A program made the position numbers and the translations under genes. Shown piece by piece: positions 1-12,250 of a stretch of DNA of 64,000 nt (positions are counted from its first letter, which is position 1; each line of letters opens with the position of its first letter). The notes beneath the pieces were generated by a model, which had not been told where the DNA came from, did no database searches, and saw only the letters and a list, made by a program, of their open reading frames with translations. Source of the DNA: Sminthopsis crassicaudata (lineage: Eukaryota); assembly GCF_048593235.1 (NCBI RefSeq), contig NC_133622.1:196509198-196573197 (forward strand), written 5' to 3'.

Positions 1-1879
1 TTCTTAGTGGGTGAATATTTACATTGTCTAATAGATAATATAAATTAATATTCCCATGGTCTTGATTTTTAAATTTTTATTGCTTGCATTGAGCAGCATT
101 TTCACACTAGCTAGCATATGTAACAATAAAGCGGTTTTGTGTGCAGTGTACAATATTAGTTGCTTAATTACTGCTAGTTCAACTCTAGTTGCTTCTTTTT
201 CTCACATCAAGGGCTTCAGCTTCATGTGCAACCCTTTTCAACGTTTCTTTTATTCTGCGGTAATATGTCTTCTTTGGTGCAAATTTGTTTATCTTTCTCC
301 TTCTTCTATTTTGTTAGTTTTACAGTATGTGCAAACTAAGGTTGGTGCCTTGAAAAGCCTTACTTTTTGATATAAATATATAGATTTTTTATTAAAGATA
401 TATCAATTTTAGATATGTGTGAGTGTATTTCATTTTTTCTGCAATTTCCAGTGAGCAAAAATAGTCTTGTGTTATTTGAATTTCTTTTCCATTATATCTG
501 AAGGACTTTAGCCAGGTACCTCACAGAATTCATTATTTGTCATTGGAATTCTTAAATTTAATCCCCATAAATCTTGAAATCTTCCAGCATAGAGTTATTA
601 TTTTTTTTCTCCTGAAGATGATCTGTTTGCCTGGCACTTTGTTTTCCATCATCAGAAACTCTGAGCAGTTTTTATTAGGGATAGAACTGGTCTCAGCTGG
701 ATCCTAGTCTCCTTTTCTTCCATCTAAGTGGATCCTCACATACATGCTGGCACTTGGTTCTAGTTCCCTCTGTTCTTTATTTCTTCAGCTGATGATTGAT
801 AGAGTGCAGCATGCTGCCAACTTAGGATGACCAAACTTCTATTTTCCAGTACTTCTACTTTCACCACACCAAGGGGGTTGATGTTCCAAGTTGCATTATT
901 TGGGGTTTTGTCACAGAATGGTAGGATTAAGGCTATAACAAGAGCTGAAGTATGTAGGCAAAGACTATAACAGCAATAAGGGAATTGCTGGTTGGATCCC
1001 AAAGCATAAACGCATGTGTCTTGCTGCATAACCCTGGCAAAGCTTGAGAGCTGGTTCGAGAGAAGATACTGAGAGATCATATTAGGGATGAGGAATTAGC
1101 CTTCTCTGCTGTTAATTCATCAAGATATGGTAAAGAGAACTTCACTAATCTAAGACCAAGTGTTTATAAATCAGGAAACAATGAAATTCCAGTAGAAAAT
1201 GGAGAATAGGAAATGTCATTTTTAAAAACCTTTCTATACCCAGCCCCTAGCATGGTATCTTTACATATGGAATAGGCCCTTCTCAAAGTATTTATTCATG
1301 TAAATCAAACAGAAGAAATTTCAAGATTAGGGACAAGATTGGCTCTATTTTATTACCCCAGTAAGCACACTATTCAGTCCAAAGATAACTATATTTCCTC
1401 TTCCCTTCCTCTTTTTTTTTTTTTTGATCATTCAATCCAAAAGAAATAGCCCTTCTATTTTATGAGTCCCCTCCTCTCAATCACTCTTCCCCTTTTATCC
1501 ATAAAATAACTTTATTTCCCAACCTCTCCCTATCTTAAATCTATGTGACTTTGGACAAGATACACTATCCCTGGGCTTCAATTTTCTCATTCACCAAATA
1601 AAGTGTTTGGAATAGATGGTATCCTTTTCATTCCAGGCAGAAGAACATGCAAATGAACATTGAAATCTCAGCATCATTAGCAAAGACATTCATTTCCTTA
1701 GACTGGATACTTATTTAAAGATAAGGATAAAAACCGATGTTTTGTTTTCATTAATATAAGGAAGTCTTAGATGAGCTATCTAGATAGAGTGTGGAGCAGT
1801 GAAGTAATATATCCAAGATCATACAGTCTGTACCAGGAGTATGACACATGCCAATTTTTTGGGGAAGGGAGGGTTGAGA

Positions 1880-2100
1880 CAGTTGATTTGTCTAGGGTCA
1901 CATAGCTTGTAAGTGTTAAGTATCTGAGTCTGAATTTGAACTCAGGTCCTCCTGACTTCAGGATCTAATACTGGATCTAGAGTCAGGAAGATCCAAGTTC
2001 AAATAAAGATAATTATGTTGGCAAATCATTTAGCTTCTGTTTGCCTTAATTCACTGGAGAAGGAAATGGCAAACCCTTCCAGTATTTTTGCAAAGTAGGG
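1880..2100. mobile_element. Adjacent CORE-SINE fragments (WSINE/MAR1-like; 1880-1960 minus, 1965-2100 plus)
   Basis: Typical motifs 'gaatttgaactcaggtcctcctgacttcagg' and 'ggagaaggaaatggcaaacccttccagtatttttgc'. Confidence 0.75.
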
Positions 2101-2389
2101 AAAGTGATTTGTCCATGTCTCTTGACTAGTAAATGTCAGAGGTAGGAATGAAATACAAGTCTTGCTTAACTCCAAGTCCAATGATCTTTTCACTATATGA
2201 TGTCCTTTATTATTCTGCCCACATTTCTGAGTTTCAGAGAAAAAAAGGTTCTTTATGATATGGGTTATATTTTCCTTTCCCCAAAACTTGCTTCTAGTCT
2301 AAATCATACAGTCTATCAGGGCCAATTCCCAAACCGACTCATTTTCTCCCACCTAAGATATTATGGTTTCTTCTCTCTAAATCTGTGAC

Positions 2390-2575
2390 CCAGGTCCTGT
2401 AGAAAAGCATTATATTTAGTGCCAGAGGACTATGGTTCCAATTCTGATTCTGTCTTCTTAATCTCTCTGACCTTGAACAAATTATTTGACTTCTCTGGGC
2501 CTCAGTTTTATCATTTATAAAAGTTAGAGAGATTGAACTAAATGTCCTCTAAGGTTAGCTCTAAATCTACGAACT
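2390..2575 (+). mobile_element. MIR-type SINE
   Basis: CORE motif 'cttctctgggcctcagttttatcatttataaaag...gaactaaatgtcctctaagg'. Confidence 0.75.
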
Positions 2576-3481
2576 CTTAGATTGCTCTCCATATTGTCTC
2601 AGTTTAAAAAAGGTCTATTTTCCTACCAAATGCTGTTTCTATGGGAAAGGGTTATGCTCATAGCTCCTGGCTTTCCACCAGTCATTGTATATGCTCCCTG
2701 TGGTTCTTTCCTTTCATGTCATCTTGTTCCAATTCTTTTGCAAGAGCTCTATCTATCCACAATTCATAGGCTCTGCCCTTGGGATTCACTGGGTCCAACT
2801 ACAGATTTCTTCCTCTTCCCATCAGCCTGGATCACATTCTTTTTGCAATATTCCCAATCATGTTTCATCCTGTACATTTAATTTTAAAGGCAATTCTCAT
2901 TGACTAGTGCTCTTTTAAAAAATGCATAAAGGCCCATATTCTTGATTTAATGCAGATGTGTTTTAAACTTTCCACTGCTACCCAGTAGTATGGGGTCAGT
3001 TTTTATAATTTTGAGATCCTTTTCTAGAGAAAGGGGTATCTTAACATACGCTGTTTTTTTTTCCCTTCTAGGTGCCTCAGAAGTATGAAGGGGGACAGAG
3101 TGGGAGGAACAGGGGTGTGTGGTCCGTGTGAAGAAAGCTTATCTGACAGCTCCCTCCTGAGTGTATGAAGAGCACAGTGTGGGTGGCCTTTTTGAAGCCC
3201 TCATGCTTGTAGCTTGAATGCTAGTTTATTTTGTCAGACAATGTAACAGTTTAGATAAAAATTGAAATGTTACAGGCTAAAGAATCTCATAGAATTTTCG
3301 GGATAACATGAAAATAAAAGACTCAAACTTGAAGATAAAGGATAGACAATTTTGACAAAGGCTTCAACTTACATCTAGATTTGAGTTAAGGCTGGTTGTA
3401 AACAGAAAAAGTATATGAGCTTAGCACAAGATTTCCATCTGGCACTCTTTCTCTCTTCTTTCTCTGGCTTGAGTGACTTAC

Positions 3482-3638
3482 CTCAATGTCCATTCGTTCT
3501 GGCATATCAAAGGGTCTCCAGAGAAGCTGGCTCCTGCTACCACTCACTCTTTCAAGGTTAATACTGAATACTCTAGCTCCTGAACCTTCACCACTATGTT
3601 TCCCATTTAACAAATCAGAGAGCTGAACCCTGTTAACC
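3482..3638 (-). other. Candidate exon of unknown gene (open frame VNRVQLSDLLNGKHSGEGSGARVFSINLERVSGSRSQLLWRPFDMPERMDIE)
   Basis: Perfect donor GAG|GTAAGT on minus strand at 3482/3481. 52 open codons run up to it. AG acceptor options at 3640-3639, 3631-3630 and 3624-3623. Protein not recognised. Confidence 0.35.
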
Positions 3639-5019
3639 CTTAATCAGAAACATTTACCAAAGTCAAATCAATAATAATAATAATAATTAATAATAATAAT
3701 AACATGATATTTAAGCCTAAGTCAGAGATATACTCTCTCTCTCCAAAGTACATGGTATCCATAGAGAGTAGAGTAAGCACAAACTTAATAGAATTATATC
3801 AAAGAGGCACATACACAAGGAGCACATGTGTCTGAGATGTAGTAAAATATATCCACAAGCATCTCCCAGCATGTGAATTATGCTGTTATCTTTAGAAGAT
3901 ATTGAAATTATCCTTGAACCTAAATTGGCTCAGGAGACTGGGGCTTGGGCCATTGAAATGGCTTCCTGATCATCTGAGTATCAGAAAGGTTTCTGAAGTT
4001 TTAGATAACAGATTCAGCCGCATACTAGTGTTTTTTGCTGAATATCTTCGTTGAATATCCTTTCCCCTACTGTGATTAAATAAAACTTCATTGGTTTTGT
4101 CTGTTAATGTTTCATAAATGTCATTTTATCCCAATCTCAAATGTAAACTAAGAGACTGACCCAAGTTAGGTTTTTCCTACAACATACATAAATTCATTGA
4201 TGAGTAGAGTCACTCCTTTTCTGGGTTTCTTAGATAAAATTATGTTCTTTCATCAAAAACTAGAATCTATAGCTTTTTCACGTTGCTTCCTTTGGCTGGG
4301 CAGTGATTGGCTTCCACTTTTTAAACAATAGCTGTCAGTGGAGGGAAAAAGCAAAGACAAAAAGCTGCCTTCCCTTGGTCCACTCTTCCAAGAAGCAGAT
4401 AACATTACAGAGCTTTTCTTTTTCACATGAGCAGTGCTAAGAGCGCATTTAAGCTCAAACTTTTTTCTAAGACTCAATCAGAGGTCCCTCCTCTGCTCTC
4501 CTAAATTCCAAGCTACTTATTAATACTAAGTTCCCCTAGCTGAGCTGTTCTACTGGTCCAAAGCAGCATCTTTTCAATGAGCTCACTCACCTCACTCATG
4601 GTGATAAAACCAAAAAAAAAAAAACAACATATTTCTACCATCTACACCAAAACCATAATGTATATATGTCCCATAATCACCAAGCAACAATAGGGATAAG
4701 AGATTATTATTATTTTCAAAGTCTTTATGTTAGCCATATGCAAATTAGATGCTGGGAAAGAGGATTCTTCAGTCATTTCTCGGTGGGGCTACTTTTTTCC
4801 CCAATGTTTTTCTCACGCCTATTCCTTCACTTTTGCATGAAAAAAAAAACTGTCCACACCTGAAAGGTACACCCCTTTAAATGTATGAGAAAAACACATG
4901 TTCAGTTTATAAATATCATATCTGGCTACAAAGCTTTAAGTCTCTCAGATTCATGAAATCAACCACTTCTTTCCTTTTTTCTAAAAATAGATTTATCTAC
5001 TCAATTATTGATAAAATTA

Positions 5020-5500
5020 TAGAAACCCAAATTTGGAAATGACCTCAGAGATCACCTAGTCCTATCCATCACTAAGGGGAAAAAAAATCTCTTCACTGCA
5101 TCCATGGCAAGCAATCATCCAACTTCTACTGAAAGACTTTAGGGATTGTCCAGTCCCCACAAACTAAAGCAGCCTATTCCATTTTTGGACAGGTCTATTT
5201 CTTAAGAAACAATTGCTTATAAGGCAAAATCTGACCCCTAGCCACTTCAATCTATTTATTATGATTATTCATTGGGGAGGGGAAATCAAAATAAGTTTAA
5301 ATTTTCCATATGTTATCCTTTCAGATGTTTGGAAACAGCTATCATCTTTCCCTAAATTTTCTTCACTCCTGATGGTGAATCCCCAATATCTTTTTGATGA
5401 TACTTTTATGCTGTCATGCTAGTGACTATTTAACAACCAAATCTTAGTTGGTGCAGGCAGAATTTGTGCAAACCATATTGTCAAGTTTAATCTGCACTAT
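5020..5500 (-). mobile_element. L3/CR1 LINE 3' fragment
   Basis: 'agcagcctattccatttttggacag...ttcttaagaaa' resembles the reverse complement of the CR1 3' end. Confidence 0.6.
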
Positions 5501-6649
5501 CAACATTTTTCTCTATCACTTTCTTAGGTCTCGATAATAAACAAAACAAATTAAGCCCTCATTGCTAGCATAGAACTAAGAATAGACACCATAGAGAGAC
5601 TCATGTGTGGCAACAATTGTCATGTATGCTTAAAGAGAGGCAGAATAAAGGTCCCAAGTCTTTATTCCCACCACCTTTCTCCAAGGGAGACTTTTATCCC
5701 TGCCAGGAGAAGAAGCAGGAAGTTGGGGTCAGAGGTAATCACTCCGTTCTCCTCAGACAGAGGAGGTATCAGGGTAAAAGCATGTCTATCTATTCCCTTA
5801 AATATTGTTTGTCTAGGAAATATGATCAGGTTTTAGTTAACTTTTTATCATTCTGTTATTTGGTGGGGAGGAGGAACCCCAAACTCTATATGGAAGGCTT
5901 TACCTCTTCTCTACTTAATAAATGAACACACAAAAAGCAAAGAAACCTATTTATACAAAACATAAAAAAAACAAAAATCAGATAAGTTAGGCATGGGAGA
6001 ATGTATACCAACTAATAAAAAAATAAAGGAGTTTTCCCACTGAGAGTGAGATAACTCAGTGCAAACAAGAGAAAGTTTCCTGAATCTCATTTAATTCTTC
6101 AAAATCTATGTAGCAACCTAAGTATAATAATAACATGATGCTTCTCTCATGTCTCCTCAGCGTCTTTTTCTTCAGCAGCTTGAAGTGAGGTTGGCCTTTT
6201 CCTTGTTCTGTCTTGAAACTGGAAGAAAACTTGAAACTTGATCAGCCCCAAGAAGCTTTCTGCCTTTCACCAACTCCACTCTGCCTCTCATACATCTCCA
6301 CCAATAAGGACATAGGCCCATAGCAATCTGCTTTGACATAGGGATCACATTTACATTTGCTGATGTCCAATGTTTAAATGATCACACTGAAACTTTAATG
6401 GTAAGCTGTCTTGAGGCAGGTCAAGCTAACTCCAAACTGGCCCTGCTTTTAAGGTGTGGTTATGCTTCTGTCGTCATGCTGATTACTCTCATTGACAGAT
6501 TTCATTTTGCCCTAAAATATAAGCGCCAAGAACTGAAAAACAAAACAAAACAAAACAAAAACAACTTCCAAATGTACCCACCAAGGAAGATTATAATTTT
6601 CATTCAATTATCTCAAAATTAAATTGGCTTGTTTGACTATTTATTATTA

Positions 6650-7150
6650 CATTGCTTATTCATTTTAAGTTTGTAATATATCAAAATCTCCAGATCTTTT
6701 CCCCCAACATAAAACACCGCCTAGCCAAAAGAGCTCCAACTTGTAGCCAGTTAATTTTTTGAAATGGAACTATCTCTATCCAATTCTACCTTATTAAATT
6801 CAGTCTATACTTTTTGACAATAGGGATTACAAATTCTTTCATCTACTTATTTACTAACAATCACTTCTGTAATTGTATCATTCACAAATTAAATAGTCAT
6901 ATATTAATTACTTTTATCCAAGTTATTGGTCAAAATAACAAATAAACTTGGACCAAGGAAAAATCCTTAGGTCATTTTATTAAAGACTTCTTTCTATGTT
7001 ACTAGCATTTCATTCTTTGAGTCTAATTTCCAAATCTATTCAATATGTCTTAATCTTATTCATAAATATTTTATAAAAGAGCTAGTCAAATATCTTCCCT
7101 AAGTTTAATTAAACTCTACCTATGACCTTTTCCCTGCTTCAATGGTTCAG
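6650..7150 (-). mobile_element. L3/CR1 LINE fragment (RT region, degenerate)
   Basis: 'ctaccttattaaattca', 'ttttatccaagttattg...aaataaacttggaccaagg' resemble antisense CR1 ORF2. Confidence 0.5.
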
Positions 7151-7448
7151 TAAGTTATATAAAAAGATAATGATTTAATAATGTCATGATTAGTCCTATA
7201 TAAATATGGACTGGCATATAATGGTTACCTTTTCTAAATACCCACAAACCATCCTTTTAATGATATATACTAGAAATAAAGTTCTATATACCCCAAAATA
7301 TGAGAACAGGAAACAAAGATTCCTATCAATTGGGGAAGTACTAAACAAATTGTGGTACATAAAGATTATAATATTTTATCGAATCAAAACAAATAAGGAA
7401 TATGAAGACTCCAGAGAACCATTGGAAGAATTATATTAATTGATGAAG

Positions 7449-7605
7449 NNNNNNNNNNNNNNNNNNNNNNNNNNNNNNNNNNNNNNNNNNNNNNNNNNNN
7501 NNNNNNNNNNNNNNNNNNNNNNNNNNNNNNNNNNNNNNNNNNNNNNNNNNNNNNNNNNNNNNNNNNNNNNNNNNNNNNNNNNNNNNNNNNNNNNNNNNNN
7601 NNNNN
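7449..7605. other. Assembly gap (157 N) inside an old L1-like 3' fragment (~7240-7830)
   Basis: Run of N counted directly. Flanks resemble L1 3' sequence ('caattggggaagtactaaacaaattgtggtac'). Confidence 0.98.
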
Positions 7606-7833
7606 AAAGAAAACAATCATGAAACAGAATTATATAATTCTAATAATCTCTGAAGAAATGTTGATAAATGAATTTTTATTTTCTTTACTAGAAATGTTGA
7701 GGGACTATCAGTTTGAAATATTATGTATACTACAAGAATCCATTAAGAACTGATTATTTTTATTGAAAGGCTTTCTTATTTTTTTTTCTTCTTTCTCCTT
7801 TTTCTGTAAAGAGGGATATGTTTAGAAATGATG

Positions 7834-8520
7834 GTAGAGTTGTGAATTGATCCAACCATTCTGGAAACCAATATGGAACTATGCCCAAAGAGTTATCAAA
7901 CAGTGCACATCCAGCAGTGTCTTTTCTATGCCTGTATCCCAAAAAGATTATAAAAAGGGGAAAATGTTTGTAGCAACCCTGTTTGTATCGGCAAGGAACT
8001 AGAAACTGAATGGATGTCCATCAGATGGAAAATGACTAAATAAGTTATGGTACATGAATATAAAGAATATTATTGTTCTATAAGAAATAATCAGCAGGAT
8101 GATTTCAGAGGCCTGGAAAGACTTAAATGAACTGATGCTAAGTGAAGTGACTAGAACTAAGAGAACATCATACACAGCAACAGTAAGATTATATGATGAT
8201 CAGTTCTGATAGACGTGGTTCTTCAACAGTGAGAAGATTTAGGCCAGTTCCAATGGAATTGTGATGGAGAGAGCTATCTACATCCAGACAGAATTATGGA
8301 GACTGAATATAGATCAAAGCAAAGTATTTTCATCTTTTTTGTTGTTGTTTGCTTGCTTTTTGTGAAAATATGTATAAAAGAATTGCACATGCTTAACATA
8401 TATTAGATTACCTGTCTAAGGGAAAGGTGGAGGGAAGGAAAGGAGAAAAAAGGTTTTGCAAGGGTGAATATTGAAAACTATCTATGAATGTATTTTGAAA
8501 ATAAAAAGCTTTTTAAAAAT
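7834..8520 (+). mobile_element. L1 LINE 3' end, 5'-truncated
   Basis: ORF2 C-terminal coding sequence ('caatatggaactatgcccaaagagttatcaaac', 'aaatgtttgtagcaaccctgtttg'), L1 3'UTR, 'ttgaaaataaaaagc' and A-rich tail. Confidence 0.9.
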
Positions 8521-9619
8521 TAATGAACAAAGAAAGCAACATAGCATAGAAGATAGAATTTGTCTGTGAGTAAGGAAGTCCTTGTTTCATGTCCCACGTT
8601 TGATATATACTAGCTATGTTATCTTAGACTAAATCAATTAGGATTTCAAGACCCCAGGCAATTCTCTAACTCTAGTTAGTGCCATTCTTGTGAACTCCTT
8701 AAGCCTATGAAATTATAGATTCAGTCAAAAAAGACAAATAAATAATACATCCCAGGCTTTTGCCAATAATCACAGTAAAGCTTATAAGGGAGCAGGGAGT
8801 AGAGATTGCCATGCCCCATATTTGGTTTTCTCTCAGCATTCCTGCTACTGGAGTGAGTGTCTTCCATTAAAAAACAGTAACATAAATTTTCACTTGTTGA
8901 TTTAGAAATTTTCTCATGGTTTTGAAGAAAAGAACTGCCAATGACATTGACACAAATTTGTCATAGTCATGATACTCACATGAACCTTTACCATCTCTTC
9001 CTTCTCCTTTTTTCATTATCCTCAAAAGTTCCTTCAAATTCCTGCTATATCCTTTATGTAAAAACCTTCAGCCTCTTAGCTGAGAGCTAATCTCTTATTA
9101 GTTTTTTCTCTTCATAAGCTGGAAAGAACTACAATTCTGGAGTTTTTGTGGTCAGCCACTGTTTTGCCAGAAATCGTAAAACATCTCCCATCTGCCTCCC
9201 ATTAACCACTTTTTGTTCTGTCCTTTCTGATTATCCTTCTCCTTATCATTCTCCTTAAGTGATTGACTACTTCTTGTTCCCTTTTAAATTAGTGGCTAAT
9301 CAGTCTTTCTTACCCTGTATCTGATACTTACTAGCTGTGTAACCACAGACAAAGTGATTAACTTCTCTGAGTAACTGTCTCCATCTATAATATAGAACCA
9401 GTAATACCTATAGCAAGCACACACATGCTTATTCTGATCTTTAAGGGAAAAAAAGTACTATGCAAACTTTAGAGCACTGATGGAAATATCAACCAATAAT
9501 GAAAATGATGATGATGATTCTGGGGTCAGGAGGGTTCTCCAATGGACCTTTCAATAGTCCTGCTCTGTTCAATCTTCTGTATCCTCAGTTGACCACAAAA
9601 TGTTCCTCTACTCCAAAAG

Positions 9620-9890
9620 TTAGATGGTGCAGCAGATAGAGTGCCAGTCTGGAGTAGGGAAAACTCTTCTTCCTAAGTTCAAATTTGGTCTCAGATATTT
9701 ACTAGCTATGTAACTCTAGGCAAGTCATTAACTAGCTATGTAACTCTAGTCAAGTCATTAACCCTGTTTGTCTCAGTTCCTCATTTGTAAAATGAGCTGG
9801 AAAATGAAATGGCAAATTATACCAGTATCTTTGCCAAGAAAATCCCAAGTGGGGTCACAAAGAGTCAGATATGATTGAAAAACAACTGGA
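9620..9890 (+). mobile_element. MAR1-type SINE with an internal 30-bp tandem duplication (9701-9730 / 9731-9760)
   Basis: SINE head 'gcagcagatagagtgccagtctggag', CORE 'cagttcctcatttgtaaaatgagctgg', tail 'gtggggtcacaaagagtcag'. Duplicated unit 'actagctatgtaactctag(g/t)caagtcatta'. Confidence 0.85.
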
Positions 9891-10217
9891 AAAAAAACCC
9901 AACCAATCACAGTTCTTGTAGCCCTCTGATCCCTCCCCAGATTTTCAATAGGTTTTGAGAGCATCATGTTTCCTCATATTGTGTGTCTGTATGGATAGGG
10001 AGAAGGGAAATTGTGTGTATGTGTGTTCAGAGAAATCAATGGCTCATTATAAACAAATATCCTTTGCCATATTATATTCTTAGTTCCTTATGGTCAGTTT
10101 AATCTTTTCTAAATGATATTCCATGTATTTTTGTTAAATTCTATTATGTAAGGAAAGTTCCTCTGACTCCAGAGCTCGGTTCCTTGAGGTCAAAGTGAAA
10201 ATCATACACTTTTCTAG

Positions 10218-10431
10218 GATATAACCATGGGACAATGGTCTGTCCCACCCCACCTTTCGATGGGCCCCACTAGATCAAAGGGGTTGCCTTTGGGGAGTAA
10301 AAAAGAACTCACTTGTCAGCAGAATGTAACCATGACTTTTAAAAATGAGGAGTTTTGCTTAGGGAAGCTACCTTCAATCCCAGGATTCATATCAGTGCTT
10401 TCTATCTAAATAATTAGCACTAAGAATGAAG
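10218..10431 (+). other. Candidate exon carrying a 60-aa small ORF (10227-10409)
   Basis: Acceptor 'cacttttctag|' at 10217, strong Kozak 'aaccATGG' at 10227, perfect donor AAG|GTAAGT at 10431/10432. Confidence 0.25.
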
Positions 10432-10664
10432 GTAAGTGTATCTGGATATTGAAGAATTGAGTGTAGGATTTTTAGAAAAGAGTTTCAAGTTCATTCTTCA
10501 AATGATACTTTCTTTAAAATGTCTAGTTTGATTCTGGGATGGACAAAATCTTTTCCCATCTTAAAGAAAATAGGTAAACAGTTTTTATTCAGTCCTCACT
10601 TATATAGCAGAGATTGTCAATCATCTACAGGATATAGTTTAGAATAGGTGAAATTGCTCTAGAG

Positions 10665-10845
10665 CAGGCTTCTTAAATTTTTTTTTCTCATGACCTTTTT
10701 TACCTGAGAAATGTTTCAGGTAAATTGATCCCAGATATATAGGTATATAAATAAAACATTTACTGATAATAAATCATAATTTTATGACCCTCATATTCCA
10801 TTTTTAGAGCCCATGTGAGGTCATGATCCGTAGTTTAAGAAGCTG
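10665..10845. mobile_element. Non-autonomous hAT/Charlie DNA transposon (OposCharlie3-like MITE)
   Basis: Terminal inverted repeats 'caggcttcttaaatt' (10665) and 'agtttaagaagctg' (10832-10845). Left flank 'ctctagag' is a Charlie-type target site. Internal 'aaacatttactgataataaatcataattt'. Confidence 0.8.
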
Positions 10846-11799
10846 TTTTTATAGAGCTCACATATATATATATATATATGTATATACTTTACCACTACTC
10901 ATACACATTATATATTTGGTAGGTTAATACAATAATAATTATATTGAATTTGAAGGCAGATAATATATTTTCTCTATTATTGTTTTATGATCTTTGTCGA
11001 GTTATTATTGGCTCTTTCTCAACCAGTTTCCCAATCTGCACCAATTTCCTAAGACTGAACTAAACAATGTCTAGAGTTGCTTCCAACTCTAAATTTATGA
11101 TTATTCACTCTGATTCAAGTAAACTGCCCTGTTTTAAAAAATTAACCAAAGGCCAATTCATGTAGTGGGTTCAGGAATAAGGTCAATGTCTTAAAGATGG
11201 GTTCCCATCAGTCTATTTCACAATCACAGATTCTACCACTAGTATATGCAGACTTTCTCTTTGATGTGTGCTGTTGACCACAAGAGGTAATAATGGGTTG
11301 TAAATGGGTTGTCACATATTGACCACAACAATTGCTAGCAAAATGCATCCTGAGCGGTGGCAACTCCATATGGAGAGGATTCAGATTATCCAAACTAAAT
11401 AGCAACAACATCTAGGATTGATTGTGCCTCTTCCACAGATGATTTGATTTTTAAGTTCTACAAAGAATCATGTATTAGCATAAATAAAAGAGTTGTAAGA
11501 CTACTAATTTTCTAAAGCTAGAGAGGTATTTTCATTCTTTGTTTCTACTAGGCAAATTCTTTCCCAGCTTGAGTCATACTTTTGTGAAAAACTGAAAGCT
11601 AGCAAACACACACACACAAAAGAGATTTATTATTCTTATTGAAAAGATAACATGCTTGTCAGAACTTCTGACTGTGAACCAGGGCTCTACATATAGCAAT
11701 GTTGAACTACCATTGAGGAGACAGAGACAAATGGCCACAGAAAAAGGAGTGTCTGAAATGTGTGTCAGAACAATTCAGTCTATTCTAGAAACTAACCAA

Positions 11800-12250
11800 G
11801 AAAGATGTTATTAAGTCAAATCCGCAAACATTTGAATACCTATTATGAAAAATAAAACACTATTGCTGCACTGAAGCCACAAAAACAAAAGCTAAATAAT
11901 CATTACCCTCAAGAACTTTGCATTCTACTGAGAGAATATATATACATAGAGAAGAGTGTGTACAAAATAATTTGAAGAGAGAGTTAGCAGAAACTGGGGA
12001 GGAAGGGAATCAGAAAAGGCTTGTTGTCAAAGATGGTTCCTGAACTGCTTCTTGAAGGAATTCGGTGATTTTCTGAGGTAGGAATGGGCATGCAGGGGAG
12101 ACAGGGAGTGCTGAAGTGAAGGGTATAGAAGTTAACAAGGTCAAAGATACAGAGGCTAAAGATAAAGTGTATTGAGGATGATTATCCTATCTTCATTGTG
12201 TAATAATGTTGGGGAAACAATAAAAATAGCTGAAGAGTCTGGAAATAGTA
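11800..12250 (-). mobile_element. L2 LINE 3' fragment
   Basis: 'caaacatttgaatacctattatg', 'ccctcaagaactttgcattctactgag', 'cagaaaaggcttg...gaactgcttcttgaagga'. Confidence 0.6.

Noticed and set aside
3072-3170. Strong plus-strand acceptor 'ttttttttcccttctag|'
   Set aside because: All frames stop within about 100 nt and there is no convincing donor.
7384-7622. Three ORFs full of X
   Set aside because: Artefacts of the N gap.
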